This document shows, piece by piece, positions 1 to 10,977 of a stretch of 64,000 bases of DNA. Under the pieces are notes generated by a model, which was not told the DNA's origin, ran no database searches, and saw only the letters and a list, made by a program, of their open reading frames with translations. Within the stretch, counting starts at the first letter, position 1. Every line of letters begins with the position of its first letter. Location of the stretch: positions 2,880,001-2,944,000 of the forward strand of contig OZ220089.1 in the NCBI GenBank assembly GCA_964291625.2, given 5' to 3'. Position numbers and translations under genes: made by a program. Source of the DNA: Candidatus Latescibacterota bacterium (GTDB taxonomy: Bacteria; Latescibacterota; UBA2968; UBA8231).

Positions 1-54
1 GCCCTACATACACCCGGCGGTGGCAAGGCCCGCCGGTCTACCGGGAGAGAGTCG

Positions 55-1167
55 ATGGCAGAGGTCGTCCTGAAAGGCGTGAGCAAGGTCTTCGGCAAGG
101 ACGTGGTCGCCGTGGATGGCGCCGACATCCACATCGAGGACCGGTCCTTCGTCGTCCTCGTCGGCCCCTCGGGGTGCGGCAAGTCGACGACCCTGCGCAT
201 GGTGGCGGGGCTGGAGGAGATCACCGAGGGCGAGATCTACATCGACGGCACCCTGGTGAACGACATCCCGCCCAAGGACCGGGATATCGCCATGGTCTTC
301 CAGAACTACGCCCTCTACCCGCACATGAGCGTCTATCAGAACATGGCCTTCGGCCTCAAGCTGCGGAAATACCCGAAGCAGGAGATCGACGCCCGGGTCC
401 GCGAGGCGGCCGAGATCCTGGGGATCGAGGAGTTGCTGGAGCGCAAGCCGCGGGCCTTGTCGGGCGGCCAGCGCCAGCGCGTCGCCGTGGGCCGGGCCAT
501 CGTGCGCAAGCCGAAGGTCTTCCTCTTTGACGAGCCGCTCTCGAATCTCGACGCCAAGCTGCGCGTGCAGATGCGTACCGAGATCAGCAAGCTCCACCGC
601 CGGCTCGAGGCGACCATGCTCTACGTCACCCACGATCAGACCGAGGCGATGACCATGGGGGACCGCATCGTGGTGATGAAGGACGGCCGCATCCAGCAGA
701 ACGACTCCCCCCTCAACCTCTACAACTTCCCGGCCAACCAGTTCGTGGCCGGCTTCATCGGCAGCCCGTCGATGAACTTCTTCGAGGGCCGCCTGACCAA
801 CGGCGGCGGCGGCCTGGTCTTCGACGAGGGGGGGATCCAGTTGCCCCTGCCCGCATCCCAGGCCGGGGGGCTGGGGGATCACGCCGGTCAGGAGGTGGTC
901 CTCGGCATCCGTCCGGAGGACATCCACGACCCGGCCACGATGGCCCCGGGCGTCGACGCCATCGAGATCGAGGCGACCGTCGAGGTCGTGGAGCCCATGG
1001 GCAACGAGGTCTTTCTCTACCTGACCACGGGCCGCTCCTCCTTCGTCGCCCGTGTCGATCCCCTGCACGTCCCCGCCGTGGAGCAGAGGGTCCGCCTGGC
1101 CGTGGAGATCGGCAAGGCGCACTACTTCGACACGGAGACCGAGGTCAGTCTCCTCCACCGGAACTGA
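55..1167 (+). CDS. Sugar ABC transporter ATP-binding protein (MalK/UgpC/MsmX family)
   Basis: Walker A GPSGCGKS, Q-loop VFQNYALYPHM, signature LSGGQRQR, Walker B FLFDEPLSNLDAKLR, H-loop YVTHDQ, C-terminal TOBE-like region (LGIRPED, VVEPMG). Confidence 0.95.
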   Translation: MAEVVLKGVSKVFGKDVVAVDGADIHIEDRSFVVLVGPSGCGKSTTLRMVAGLEEITEGEIYIDGTLVNDIPPKDRDIAMVFQNYALYPHMSVYQNMAFGLKLRKYPKQEIDARVREAAEILGIEELLERKPRALSGGQRQRVAVGRAIVRKPKVFLFDEPLSNLDAKLRVQMRTEISKLHRRLEATMLYVTHDQTEAMTMGDRIVVMKDGRIQQNDSPLNLYNFPANQFVAGFIGSPSMNFFEGRLTNGGGGLVFDEGGIQLPLPASQAGGLGDHAGQEVVLGIRPEDIHDPATMAPGVDAIEIEATVEVVEPMGNEVFLYLTTGRSSFVARVDPLHVPAVEQRVRLAVEIGKAHYFDTETEVSLLHRN

Positions 1168-1177
1168 CCCGGGCGGC

Positions 1178-2272
1178 GTGCTCGATCGGGTCATCGGCCA
1201 GGAGCGGGCGAGGGCGCAGGTCGAGGCTTGGCTGAACTCCGGCCGCCTTCCCCACGCCATCCTCATCACCGGACCGGAGGGCGCGGGCAAGCGGCTCCTG
1301 GCCATCGAGCTGGCCCGCACGGTCCTCTGCGGCGGGAGCGGTCCGACGGGCGGCTGCGGCGACTGCTCGACCTGCCTCCAGATCGATCATCTGACCCACC
1401 CCAACCTGCAGGTCCTGCTGCCCACGCCCACGGGTGCGGGGCGCACCGGTACCGACGCCGAGCAGTTCGCCGCCCTGCGGGAGACGGCCCTGGAGTACCT
1501 TCAAGGAGGCCGCGCGGCGCGGACCGGGGGCAACATCCCCAAGGAGCATGTGCTGCTCCTGCAGCGCGAGATGGCCTTCGCCCCGGCGGCCGGTTCCTCG
1601 CGGCGCGTGGCCGTCATCTTCGAGGCCGATCGCATGCAGCCCGCCGGGGCCAACTCGGTGCTGAAGACCCTTGAGGAGCCGCCGGGCCACGCCCTCTTCC
1701 TGCTGGTCTCGGAAACGGCGGAGCGCCTGCTGCCGACGGTCGTCTCCCGGTGCCAGCGGTTGCCGCTGCGGCCCCGGACCGCCGCCCAGGTCCGCAACGA
1801 GCTGCAAGGCACTGGTGCGTCGGTGGAGCGGGCCTCCCTCGCCGGACGCCTGGCCGCCAGCGGCCCGGTCCGTCCGGCGGCGGTGGCGGACGAGTCCTTC
1901 GACGCTCTGCGCGACCTGGTGGAGCGCTTCATCGACTCCGGGCTCGGCGGCCGCGAGCGGGACTACTGGACCCTCCTCGAGGACTTCGGCGGGAGGCCGG
2001 ACAAGGAGCGGATGGAAGCGTTCCTGGAGTTGTGCTCCACGTACCTGCGGGACGTGCTGCTGCTGCAGGGAGACCGCGGCGGGTCCGTGGCCCACGTTGA
2101 CCGCGGCGAACGGCTCCACGCCTGGAGCGGGCGAGTCTCGGGGGAGGGGCTCGACCGCCTGGCGCGTACCCTGGATTCGGCGTACGAAGCCCTCGGTCGG
2201 AACGTGAACCCCCAACTGCTGCTGGCCGATCTCTGGTACCAGTTGCGCCGCTCCGGAGCTTCCTCGGCGTGA
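1178..2272 (+). CDS. holB: DNA polymerase III subunit delta'
   Basis: In-frame GTG at 1178; motifs RLPHAILITGPEGAGK, zinc-binding C..CGDCSTC, HPNL, ANSVLKTLEEPP, LLPTVVSRCQ, NVNPQL. Confidence 0.9.
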   Translation: MLDRVIGQERARAQVEAWLNSGRLPHAILITGPEGAGKRLLAIELARTVLCGGSGPTGGCGDCSTCLQIDHLTHPNLQVLLPTPTGAGRTGTDAEQFAALRETALEYLQGGRAARTGGNIPKEHVLLLQREMAFAPAAGSSRRVAVIFEADRMQPAGANSVLKTLEEPPGHALFLLVSETAERLLPTVVSRCQRLPLRPRTAAQVRNELQGTGASVERASLAGRLAASGPVRPAAVADESFDALRDLVERFIDSGLGGRERDYWTLLEDFGGRPDKERMEAFLELCSTYLRDVLLLQGDRGGSVAHVDRGERLHAWSGRVSGEGLDRLARTLDSAYEALGRNVNPQLLLADLWYQLRRSGASSA

Positions 2273-3114
2273 AGCGTCCTCCGGGGGCCCGGCCCCGGCC
2301 GCGCAAGCGCTTCGGCCAGCACTTCCTGATGGACGCCGAGGCGCGGGCGGCGATCGCCGATCTGGTGCGTCCGGCGCCCGACGACCTCGTCCTCGAGATC
2401 GGCCCGGGCAGGGGAGCGATCACCGCCCCCCTGCTGGACCGGCTGGACCGTCTCGCGGCGGTGGAGATCGATCGGCGCCTCGCCGGCCAGTTGCGGTCCC
2501 GGTTTCCAGACCCGCCCCTTCGCCTCATCGAGGGGGACATCCTTCACCTCGACCTGGCGGCGCTCCCCGGCGAGGAAGGCCGGCGCAACCTCTTCGTCGT
2601 CGGCAACCTGCCGTACGACATCACCGCTCCCGTCCTCTTCCGGCTCCGGGAGCATGCCGGCCTGGTTCGCCGCGCCGTCCTCACCCTCCAGAAGGAGGTC
2701 GCCGAGCGGCTGGTGGCGGCCCCGGGGTCACGCCGATACGGCCGCCTCACGGTGATGCTGAACCAGTGCGCCCGTATCGACCTGGCGCGGCTGATCCCAC
2801 CCACCGCCTTCCGCCCCGTACCCCGGGTCGAATCCGCCGTGGTCGACATCGAGTTCCTGCCCGGCCGCGTTTCCGTGGTCGACATGGGGCGCTTCGAGCA
2901 GATCGTCAAGGCCGCCTTCGCCCAGCGCCGGAAGATGCTCCGCAATGCCCTGGCCGCCCTGCCCTCTCCCGGGCCCGAGGGCGGAGCGGTCGCCCCCGGC
3001 AGGCTGGCGGACCTGGCCGGGCGCGCCCGGATCGACCTGACGAGGCGCGCCGAGAACCTGAGCGTTCACGACTACGCCCGCCTCACCGGGGTGTGGGCCG
3101 AGGCGGCGGCGTGA
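2269..3114 (+). CDS. rsmA: 16S rRNA adenine dimethyltransferase
   Basis: Motifs RKRFGQHFL, VLEIGPGRG, VGNLPYDI, QKEVAERL, AFAQRRKMLRN; GTGA overlap with holB. Confidence 0.95.
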   Translation: MKRPPGARPRPRKRFGQHFLMDAEARAAIADLVRPAPDDLVLEIGPGRGAITAPLLDRLDRLAAVEIDRRLAGQLRSRFPDPPLRLIEGDILHLDLAALPGEEGRRNLFVVGNLPYDITAPVLFRLREHAGLVRRAVLTLQKEVAERLVAAPGSRRYGRLTVMLNQCARIDLARLIPPTAFRPVPRVESAVVDIEFLPGRVSVVDMGRFEQIVKAAFAQRRKMLRNALAALPSPGPEGGAVAPGRLADLAGRARIDLTRRAENLSVHDYARLTGVWAEAAA

Positions 3115-5015
3115 GACCCCTCCTGATCGCCGTCCTCGTCGTGGCGGCCGCGCCCCCGGAGGGCTGGGGCCAGAGCTACTCCCTGAGGTTCAGCGGGACA
3201 GGCGACCGAATGGTCTGGACGCCGACCTTTCCCGGATGGCGCTTCTCCACCCCCGTGACCCTGGCGGCGGCGGGGGATACCACCGCCCAGCTGAGCATGA
3301 ACGCCTCGGCGTCGTTGACCTCGCAACTCGACCGCCGCGGCCACGTCTGGCAGGAGTCGGCCGGTATCCGCACCTCTGTGACCTACCCGATCCTCGGCCC
3401 CAGGGCGTCCATCGGAATCAACGCCAGCATGCGGAGCCGGAACGCCGGTCTGCAGCGCCAGCGCACGCGCAGCCAGTCGATCGGGTTCCGTTTCGGTTAC
3501 CAGCCCCTGGCGGGGAGCGAAGGGGCCTTCCGGAACCTGCGCTTCAACGTCGTCCCGGGGGTGATCTCCGCCAGGCGCGCCAGTCCCGTGAATCCGGACA
3601 GCCTCATCGAGGAGTCGGGGCTCCAGTACACGGGTTCGATGAATACGTCCCCGGGCTTCGAGGTGGGGGGCCGCAAGCTCACCACGAACCTCTCCCTGAG
3701 CAAGACGGACAACACCCTCGAGATCAACAAGAGCCGCAGCGAGAGCCTGCGCATGAGCGCTGCCTACACCCTCCCGGGGGATGCGCGCACCAGCCTCTCC
3801 CTGGGCGAGAGCCGTTCCCAGCGCGGCGTCTCCCGGCCCGTCTTCGATGGCTCGAAGGCCTCCGTGGCGGCGGAGCGGTCCGAGCGCCGCAGCACCAGCC
3901 TGTCCTCGTCCCTGTCCTTCAAGCTCTTCGGCTTTGACATGAGGGGGAACCAGAGCTGGTCGAAGGGACTGAACACCAACACCGCCAATGCCGAGGAAGG
4001 CGAGGGGAACCGCTTCTTTGCGAGGGACCGGAAAAACGAGAAGTGGACCTTCGGCGGCAACGCCAGCGGCCGGCTGAGCGAATCCCTCGTGGGCAGCCTG
4101 AAGCTGGGCTGGTCCACCAACGACGAGAGGCGCCTGCCGGTGACTCTCTCCACGGGGGCCACCTACCGGGATCCCACGGACGACCGCGAGAACCAGAACC
4201 TGGACCTCGGCGGATCCCTCAAATGGCAGCTGGATCAGGACCACACGATCAACCTCTCCGCGTCGACTCGCATGAACCGGTTCGACAACCCGGGCAAACC
4301 GGACCAGGATCGGGACGTCTTCAACCGCCACCTCTCCCTCACACTGGGAGGTGCACGCCCGAGCGGTCTGCGCTACAACAGCTCCCTGTCGTCCAGCCTC
4401 TCCCACCGGATCAACCTCCACGCTTCCAGGGCCGGCGACAACCAGCGCAACCTCAATCTCCAGCTCTCCCTGCGCACGAACTACGAACGCCACGAACTGG
4501 GAGTCAGCCACAGCTTTCAAATATCCGCACGGCGCACTATCTTCGACTTCGATCGCCAGTTGAGCCCCGACGCCGTCGACCGGCGCAGCAAGATCAACCG
4601 CAGTTGGGGCATGACTCACAAGATCCAGCGGTCCTTGCTCAATTCCCTGAGCCTCAGCACCAACTACTCCTACAGGGCCGATGATCTCGGCACGCTGTTG
4701 ACGGAGGAGGACGCCCAGATCGTCGAGGGGGAGAACAGCGACCACGCGGCGGGGTTCAACATGAGCTATCGCCCGGCCGAAGGAGTCTCCTTGACCATGA
4801 GCTACTCGGTCCGGCTCCGACGCCAGTGGAAGGTCCTCTACGGACGCGACGAGGTCGAACGGGATCTCTTCGCCCGCCACCCCCACGAGACCTTGAGGCT
4901 CCTCCTCAACTACAAGCCGGCCGGACAGACCGGTCTGACCTCGTCCTTCAGCCGCTCGAGGCAGCGCAGCGGCACCTTCGACAGGATGAACCTCACCCTC
5001 ACCCGTTCGTTCTGA
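3111..5015 (+). CDS. Putative secreted outer-membrane beta-barrel protein, function unknown
   Basis: GTG start overlaps the rsmA stop; N-terminal signal-peptide-like segment ([13 protein letters not shown]); many alternating S/T/R-hydrophobic beta-strands; C-terminal ...LTLTRSF ends in Phe. Confidence 0.6.
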   Translation: MRPLLIAVLVVAAAPPEGWGQSYSLRFSGTGDRMVWTPTFPGWRFSTPVTLAAAGDTTAQLSMNASASLTSQLDRRGHVWQESAGIRTSVTYPILGPRASIGINASMRSRNAGLQRQRTRSQSIGFRFGYQPLAGSEGAFRNLRFNVVPGVISARRASPVNPDSLIEESGLQYTGSMNTSPGFEVGGRKLTTNLSLSKTDNTLEINKSRSESLRMSAAYTLPGDARTSLSLGESRSQRGVSRPVFDGSKASVAAERSERRSTSLSSSLSFKLFGFDMRGNQSWSKGLNTNTANAEEGEGNRFFARDRKNEKWTFGGNASGRLSESLVGSLKLGWSTNDERRLPVTLSTGATYRDPTDDRENQNLDLGGSLKWQLDQDHTINLSASTRMNRFDNPGKPDQDRDVFNRHLSLTLGGARPSGLRYNSSLSSSLSHRINLHASRAGDNQRNLNLQLSLRTNYERHELGVSHSFQISARRTIFDFDRQLSPDAVDRRSKINRSWGMTHKIQRSLLNSLSLSTNYSYRADDLGTLLTEEDAQIVEGENSDHAAGFNMSYRPAEGVSLTMSYSVRLRRQWKVLYGRDEVERDLFARHPHETLRLLLNYKPAGQTGLTSSFSRSRQRSGTFDRMNLTLTRSF

Positions 5016-5053
5016 CCGGCGGCGCCGGTGCGGCGCCGTGCAGGAGCCCTTTC

Positions 5054-5977
5054 ATGCCCCCCATGCCGAAGTCCGAGCAGATCTGGTTCAACGGCGAGTT
5101 CGTTCCCTGGGACGAGGCCCGCACCCACGTCCTGTCCCACGTGGTGCACTACGGCTCCTCCGTCTTCGAGGGGATCCGCTGCTATGCCACGAAGAAGGGG
5201 CCGGCGGTCTTCCGCCTGAAGGACCACGTGACCCGGCTCTTCGATTCGGCCCGGATCTACCGCATGGAGATCCCCTTCGACCGCGGCCAGGTCGCCGAGG
5301 CGATCCTGGAGACGATCCGGGTCAACCGGCTCGAGGCCTGCTACATCCGGCCCATCGCCTTCCGCGGTTACGGATCCCTCGGCGTCGATCCCCTCTCCTG
5401 CCCGGTGGACACGGTGATCGCCGTCTGGGAATGGGGGGAGTACCTCGGCGAGGAGGCCCTGGAGCAGGGGGTTTCGGTGTGCACTTCGTCGTGGAACCGC
5501 TCGGCGCCCAACACCATGCCGAACCTGGCCAAGGCCGGGGGGAACTACCTCAACTCCCAGCTCGTGCGCATGGAGGCCAATGCCAACGGTTACGACGAGG
5601 GCATCGTCCTCGGCCCCGACGGCCTGGTGAGCGAGGGCAGCGGCGAGAACGTCTTCCTCGTGAAGGACGGCGGCATCCACACCCCCGCGTCCCACCATTC
5701 GATCCTGCCCGGCATCACCCGGCACTCGGCCATCACCCTGGCCCGGGACCTGGGCATGGAGGTCCAGTCCGGCGCCATCCCGCGCGAGCTCCTCTACATC
5801 GCCGACGAGGTGTTCTTCACGGGGACGGCGGCGGAGATCTCCCCTGTGCGCGCCATCGACAAGATCCCCATCGGCTCGGGCCGGCGGGGTCCGGTCACCG
5901 AGCGCCTGCAGACCTTGTTCTTCCAGACCATCAACGCCGAGGTGGAGGATCGCCACGGCTGGCTCACCTTCGTCTGA
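5054..5977 (+). CDS. ilvE: Branched-chain amino acid aminotransferase
   Basis: AGGAG RBS at 5042-5046; motifs [49 protein letters not shown]. Confidence 0.95.
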   Translation: MPPMPKSEQIWFNGEFVPWDEARTHVLSHVVHYGSSVFEGIRCYATKKGPAVFRLKDHVTRLFDSARIYRMEIPFDRGQVAEAILETIRVNRLEACYIRPIAFRGYGSLGVDPLSCPVDTVIAVWEWGEYLGEEALEQGVSVCTSSWNRSAPNTMPNLAKAGGNYLNSQLVRMEANANGYDEGIVLGPDGLVSEGSGENVFLVKDGGIHTPASHHSILPGITRHSAITLARDLGMEVQSGAIPRELLYIADEVFFTGTAAEISPVRAIDKIPIGSGRRGPVTERLQTLFFQTINAEVEDRHGWLTFV

Positions 5978-5989
5978 CAGAGGTTTCCC

Positions 5990-7003
5990 ATGCGATTCTC
6001 CCTCGCTCTGTGCGCCGCCGCCCTGCTCGCCTGCCTCCCGGCCCTGACGGGGTGCCAGAGCTCGCTCACGGCCGGCAAGCTCTACATCCAGCAGGAGCAG
6101 TACGACAAGGCCCGGGTCCAGCTCGAGCTCGCCGTGGCCGAGAAGCCCGGCAACGCCGAGGGGTTCTTCCATCTCGGAAGGGTCTGCGGATTGCAGGGCG
6201 ACTATCCGGCCATGGCCGACGCCTTCGACCGGGCCCAGGAGCTGGAGGACGAGTTCGACGAGGAGATCGCCGCCGAGAGGCGGCGCTACGGGGCGCGGAT
6301 CTACAACGAAGGGGTTGTCGCCGCCTCCGGGGAAACTCCCGACCTGGAGGCCGCCCGCGGGCACTTCGCCCTCGCCGTGCGGGTCCTGCCCGATGAGCTG
6401 ATGGCCTGGCGCAACCTCGCCGTCATCGACTATCAGCTCGGCGATCTCGATGGCGCCGTGACCGGCTTCGAGCACGTCGTCTCGCAGGCGCCCGACGACA
6501 CGTCGACGTACCGCATGCTGGGCACCTTGTACCTCAGTCGGCAGAGCTACGACGAGGCGGCCCGCTGCTTCGAGGAGGTGCTGAAGCACGGCGAGCATCA
6601 GGGCGCCCTCGCGCATCTGGCCATGGTCCACATGGACCAGGACCGGCCGGCGGAGGCGGGGGAGCTGCTGCAGCGCGCCCTGGCCCTGAATCCGGACTGC
6701 TTCGATTGCCACTTCACCCTGGGCAACCTGCACTGGGCCGGCGAGGAATTCGCGGTCGCCCGCCGACACTTCGAGCGCGCCGTGGCACTCGACGACGGCA
6801 ACGCCGATGCCCGCTTCAACCTCGCCGTGACCTACCTGGCCCTGGAGGAGCTGGATCTCGCCCTTCCGCTGCTGGAGCGGCTTTCCGTCGAGCTGCCGGA
6901 GAATCCCGCAGTGTGGCGTGAGCTGGGCCGCATCTACGCCTTGAGGTCCCGCATCCAGGAGAGCGAGGCCGCGTACGAAAGGGCTGAAGCCCTGGGCGAG
7001 TAG
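5990..7003 (+). CDS. Tetratricopeptide-repeat lipoprotein
   Basis: Lipobox-like ALTGC; multiple TPR-pattern helices (e.g. AEGFFHLGRV, ARFNLAVTY, VWRELGRIY). Confidence 0.8.
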   Translation: MRFSLALCAAALLACLPALTGCQSSLTAGKLYIQQEQYDKARVQLELAVAEKPGNAEGFFHLGRVCGLQGDYPAMADAFDRAQELEDEFDEEIAAERRRYGARIYNEGVVAASGETPDLEAARGHFALAVRVLPDELMAWRNLAVIDYQLGDLDGAVTGFEHVVSQAPDDTSTYRMLGTLYLSRQSYDEAARCFEEVLKHGEHQGALAHLAMVHMDQDRPAEAGELLQRALALNPDCFDCHFTLGNLHWAGEEFAVARRHFERAVALDDGNADARFNLAVTYLALEELDLALPLLERLSVELPENPAVWRELGRIYALRSRIQESEAAYERAEALGE

Positions 7004-7012
7004 CGTCGCCGA

Positions 7013-8067
7013 ATGCCCGTCTCGCGCGCCCACGCCCTGCGCCAGTACGTCCTCCGGCGCCTGCTCCTGATCCTGCCCACCCTGCTGGGCATCACCTTCC
7101 TCGTCTTCCTCCTGTGCCAGTTCGTGCCGGGCGGTCCCATCGACCAGATGCGGATGCGCATCGCCGGGGCCGATCAGGCCGGCGAGGCCGGGGCCGCGGC
7201 CGGGGTCCGCTTCTCCTCCATCGAGATCCCCGAGGCGGACCTGGAGAGCCTGCGGCGGTACTACGGCTTCGACCGTCCCCTGCTGGTGCGCTACGGCCTC
7301 TACCTGGCGAACCTGGCCACCCTCGATCTGGGCGATTCCTTCCGCTACACCATGCCGGTGGAGGACCTCATCGTCAGCCGCATGCCCATCTCCATCTACT
7401 TCGGCGGCATCGCCTTCCTCCTGACCTATTCGATCTGCATCCCCCTCGGGATCCTCAAGGCCCTGCGACACAAGAGTCCCTTCGACAACCTCACCTCCTT
7501 CGTCATCTTCCTCGGGTACGCCATCCCGGGGTACGCCTGGGGGCCGTGCTGCTCGCCCTCTTCGCCGTGCAGCGGGACTGGTTCCCCCTGGCCGGATTCG
7601 AGAGCCAGGGCTTCGCCGACCTGAGCCTCCCGGGCAAGATCCTGGACCGACTGCACCACACGGCCCTTCCCGTCCTCTGCTTCGCCATCAGCCTCTTCGC
7701 CTTCATGACCATCCTCATGAAGAACAGCCTGCTGGAGAACATGGGCGCCGACTACGTCAAGACCGCCCTCGCCAAGGGCATGACCTGGAGGCGCTCGGTC
7801 TTCGTCCACGCCCTGCGCAACTCGCTCATCCCCATCGCCACCAGCTTCGGCAACAACATCTCCCTCATCCTCGCCGGCTCCCTGCTCATCGAGCGGGTCT
7901 TCGGGATCCCCGGCATGGGGCTGCTGTTCTTCGAGGCCATCACGGCCCGCGACTACCCGGTGGTCATGGGCTACATCTTCATCTCCTCGGCCCTGCTGCT
8001 GGTGGGCAACCTCCTCAGCGACCTGTGCGTGGCCTGGGTCGATCCGCGCGTGAGGTTCGGCGAGTGA
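7013..8067 (+). CDS. Peptide ABC transporter permease (YejB/OppB-like), frameshifted near 7537
   Basis: The N-terminal half (YVLRRLLLILPTLLGI, PGGPID) is in ORF 7013..7624 and the C-terminal half (ADYVKTALAKG, HALRNSLIP, RDYPVV, DPRVRF) is in ORF 7114..8067. Adding one C in TACGCCTGGGGG restores GYA-LGAVLL. Confidence 0.85.
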
Positions 8068-9125
8068 TCCCGCGCCTCGACCCGATCACCCGCCTGCGCC
8101 TGCGCCGCTTCCGCCGCATCCGCCGCGGCTACGTCTCCTTCCTGATCCTGCTGGGCCTCACCGTCCTGTCCCTGCTCTCCAACTACGTCGCCAACCGGCG
8201 GGCCATCGTCGTCCACTACCAGGGGGAGTACTACTTCCCCACCTTCCGCTTCCACGACATGGCCACCTTCGGCCAGCAGGACGAGTACGGCTTCGACGAC
8301 GTGGAGGCCGACTACGCGGCCCTGCGGGCGCGGTTCCAGGAGGCCGGCGGCGGCGACTGGGTGTGGATGCCGGTCGTCCCCTTCGACCCGTACGAGCCCG
8401 ACTTCAGCTATGACGATCCGCCGCCCAACCCTCCGGACTCCCGGCACTGGTTCGGCACCGACTCCCAGGGCCGGGACGTCTTCGCCCGGCTCCTCTACGG
8501 TTTCCGGATCTCCATCCTCTTCGCCGTGACCCTGGTTTTCACCAGTCAGGCGGCGGGCACCGCCATCGGCGCCCTGCAGGGCTTCGTGGGGGGCCGCTTC
8601 GACATCCTCAGCCAGCGCTTCATCGAGATCTGGTCGACCCTGCCCTTCCTCTACGTGGTCATCCTCCTGGCCACCTTCTTCAAGCCCACCTTCGGGCTGC
8701 TGCTGGTGATCATGGCCCTCTTCGAGTGGATCCGCATGACCTACTACATGCGCACCGAGGTGTACCGCGAGAAGACGCGCGACTACTGCCTGGCGGCGCG
8801 CTCCTTCGGCGCCTCGCGATGGCGCCTGATCTTCCGCCACCTGCTGCCGAACTGCCTGACGCCCCTGGTGACGATCACGCCCTTCGCCATCGTCGGCGCC
8901 ATCAGCGCTCTCACCGCTTTGGACTATCTCGGGTACGGCCTGCCGGCGCCCACTCCGAGCTGGGGCGAGATGATCGATCAGGCTCTCGACAGCCAGAACC
9001 GGGACAAGATCTGGCTCTCCGTGGCGCCCTTCTCCGCCCTCTCCGTCACCCTCGTGCTTGTCACCCTCGTGGGCGAGTCGATCCGCGAGGCCTTCGACCC
9101 CAAGCAGTACGCCCATTACCGATAG
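8064..9125 (+). CDS. Peptide ABC transporter permease (YejE/OppC-like)
   Basis: GTGA overlap with the upstream gene; motifs RFRRIRRGY, HWFGTDSQGRDV, AARSFGAS..RLIFRHLLPN, PSWGEM, REAFDPK. Confidence 0.9.
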   Translation: MIPRLDPITRLRLRRFRRIRRGYVSFLILLGLTVLSLLSNYVANRRAIVVHYQGEYYFPTFRFHDMATFGQQDEYGFDDVEADYAALRARFQEAGGGDWVWMPVVPFDPYEPDFSYDDPPPNPPDSRHWFGTDSQGRDVFARLLYGFRISILFAVTLVFTSQAAGTAIGALQGFVGGRFDILSQRFIEIWSTLPFLYVVILLATFFKPTFGLLLVIMALFEWIRMTYYMRTEVYREKTRDYCLAARSFGASRWRLIFRHLLPNCLTPLVTITPFAIVGAISALTALDYLGYGLPAPTPSWGEMIDQALDSQNRDKIWLSVAPFSALSVTLVLVTLVGESIREAFDPKQYAHYR

Positions 9126-9139
9126 ACGAAAGGACCCCC

Positions 9140-10960
9140 ATGGGGAGCCGCTTCCCTCTCATCATTTTCCTGCTGCTCACCCTGGGCGCCCGCAGCGGCG
9201 CCGAGGACCTCTCCGCCATCGAGTGGGAGACCAACACCGATGACCCGCCCATCGGCGATCCCGCCGCCCGCAAGGGGGGCGAGTTCCGCACCTTCATGAC
9301 CGCCTATCCCCTGACCCTGCGCCTCGTCGGTCCCAACGCCAACGACGCCTTCGCCGCCTGGAAGCGGGCCGTCACCATGGCCTTCACCATGGTCAGCCGC
9401 CACCCGACGACGGACCGCCACATCCCGGTCATGGCCACCCACTGGTCGGTGCAGGAGGACGGGCGCACCATCTACTACAAGCTCGATCCCGACGCCCGCT
9501 GGAGCGACGGCCAGCCGGTGACGGCCGAGGACTACGTGCACACCTGGCGCATGATGCGCAGCGAGCACATCGTCGATCCCTTCTTCAACCAGTACGCCGA
9601 GGACTACTTCGAGGAGGTCGTCGCCCTCGAGCCCCACGTGCTGAGGATCGTGGGAAAGTTCGAGAGCTGGCGCCCCCTGGACATGTTCGATCTCTGGGCG
9701 ACCCCGAGGCACGCCGTCACCCTCGGGGAGGGGTTCCCCGACCGCTACAACGACGCCGTCCTGCCCGTGCAGGGCGCCTACGTGCTCACCGAGCGCGTGC
9801 CGGGGCAGTACGTCGTCTTCGAGCGTCTGAAGGACTGGTGGGGCCGGGACAAGCACTACATGCAGGGCATGTACAACGTCGACCGCATCCACGTGCGCGT
9901 CATCGACGACACGGACCGCGCCTTCGACTTCTTCAAGAAGGGAGAGCTCGACTACTACAGCGTGAACACGGCCCGCATGTGGGCCGAGGAGATGGACTTC
10001 GAGGCCTTGCGGCAGGGCTGGGCCCACCGCAAGCGGCTCTTCGTCGACTATCCCCAGGGGGTGTACGGCTTCGCCATGAACCTCGAGCGGCCGATCTTCC
10101 GGAACCAGGATTTCCGCAAGGCGATCCAGTACCTCTTCAACTTCGACGAGATCAACTCCAAGCTGATGCACGACGCCTACTTCCGGCAGGTCTCGGCCTT
10201 CACCGGCACCGAGTACCAGAACCGGGACCTGGTGCCGTACGGCTTCGACCCGCGCAAGGCGCGCGAGCACCTGAAGGCGGCGGGATTCACCCGCCGGGGC
10301 GAGGACGGCATCCTCGTCGACGGCGAGGGCACCCGCGCCGCCTTCACCCTCTCCTACGGCAGCAAGGGGCTGGAGCGGCACATGACCGTCGTCAAGCAGA
10401 CCTTCCAGCGCTTCGGCGTCGACATGGCGCTGCGCCTGCTGGAGCCCGGCACCGCCTTCCGCAACGGGCTGGAGCGCGAGTACGAGATGACCATCATGGG
10501 GCGCACGGCCGGCCTCTACCCGAGCCCCCATCAGTACTTCTCCACCGTCTTCAAGGAGTCGAAGAACAACAACAACGTCTGGGCCTTCGGGACCGCCTAC
10601 ACCGACTCCCTCATCGACGTCTACCGCTTCGATACCGACAAGGAGCGCCGCCTGGCGGCGATGCACGAGCTCGACGCCATCGTCCAGGACGAGGCCTTCT
10701 ACGTGCCCTTCTGGCATGCCCCCTTCATGCGGTTCCTGCACTGGGACCACCTGCGCTTCCCGGAGTTCTACTTCCCCAAGCGCACCCAGCAGATGACGGA
10801 CTGGCAGGTCTTCTGGGTCGACGAGGACCGCCAGGCAGGGCTGCGGGAGGCGATGGCCGAGGGCCGTTCCCTCGGCGCGGACCCGGTCGTCGACATCGAC
10901 CCCTACCGGGTGAAGGACCGCATCGAGGCAGCCCTGCGCGCCGCGGCGCCGCCGGAGTAG
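9140..10960 (+). CDS. Peptide ABC transporter substrate-binding protein (family 5, YejA-like)
   Basis: AAGGA RBS; signal peptide; motifs GDPAARKGG, ARWSDGQPVTAED, FERLKDWWG, FRKAI, GYDP-like YGFDPRKA. Confidence 0.88.
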   Translation: MGSRFPLIIFLLLTLGARSGAEDLSAIEWETNTDDPPIGDPAARKGGEFRTFMTAYPLTLRLVGPNANDAFAAWKRAVTMAFTMVSRHPTTDRHIPVMATHWSVQEDGRTIYYKLDPDARWSDGQPVTAEDYVHTWRMMRSEHIVDPFFNQYAEDYFEEVVALEPHVLRIVGKFESWRPLDMFDLWATPRHAVTLGEGFPDRYNDAVLPVQGAYVLTERVPGQYVVFERLKDWWGRDKHYMQGMYNVDRIHVRVIDDTDRAFDFFKKGELDYYSVNTARMWAEEMDFEALRQGWAHRKRLFVDYPQGVYGFAMNLERPIFRNQDFRKAIQYLFNFDEINSKLMHDAYFRQVSAFTGTEYQNRDLVPYGFDPRKAREHLKAAGFTRRGEDGILVDGEGTRAAFTLSYGSKGLERHMTVVKQTFQRFGVDMALRLLEPGTAFRNGLEREYEMTIMGRTAGLYPSPHQYFSTVFKESKNNNNVWAFGTAYTDSLIDVYRFDTDKERRLAAMHELDAIVQDEAFYVPFWHAPFMRFLHWDHLRFPEFYFPKRTQQMTDWQVFWVDEDRQAGLREAMAEGRSLGADPVVDIDPYRVKDRIEAALRAAAPPE

Positions 10961-10977
10961 GCCGGAGCGCTCCCGAC

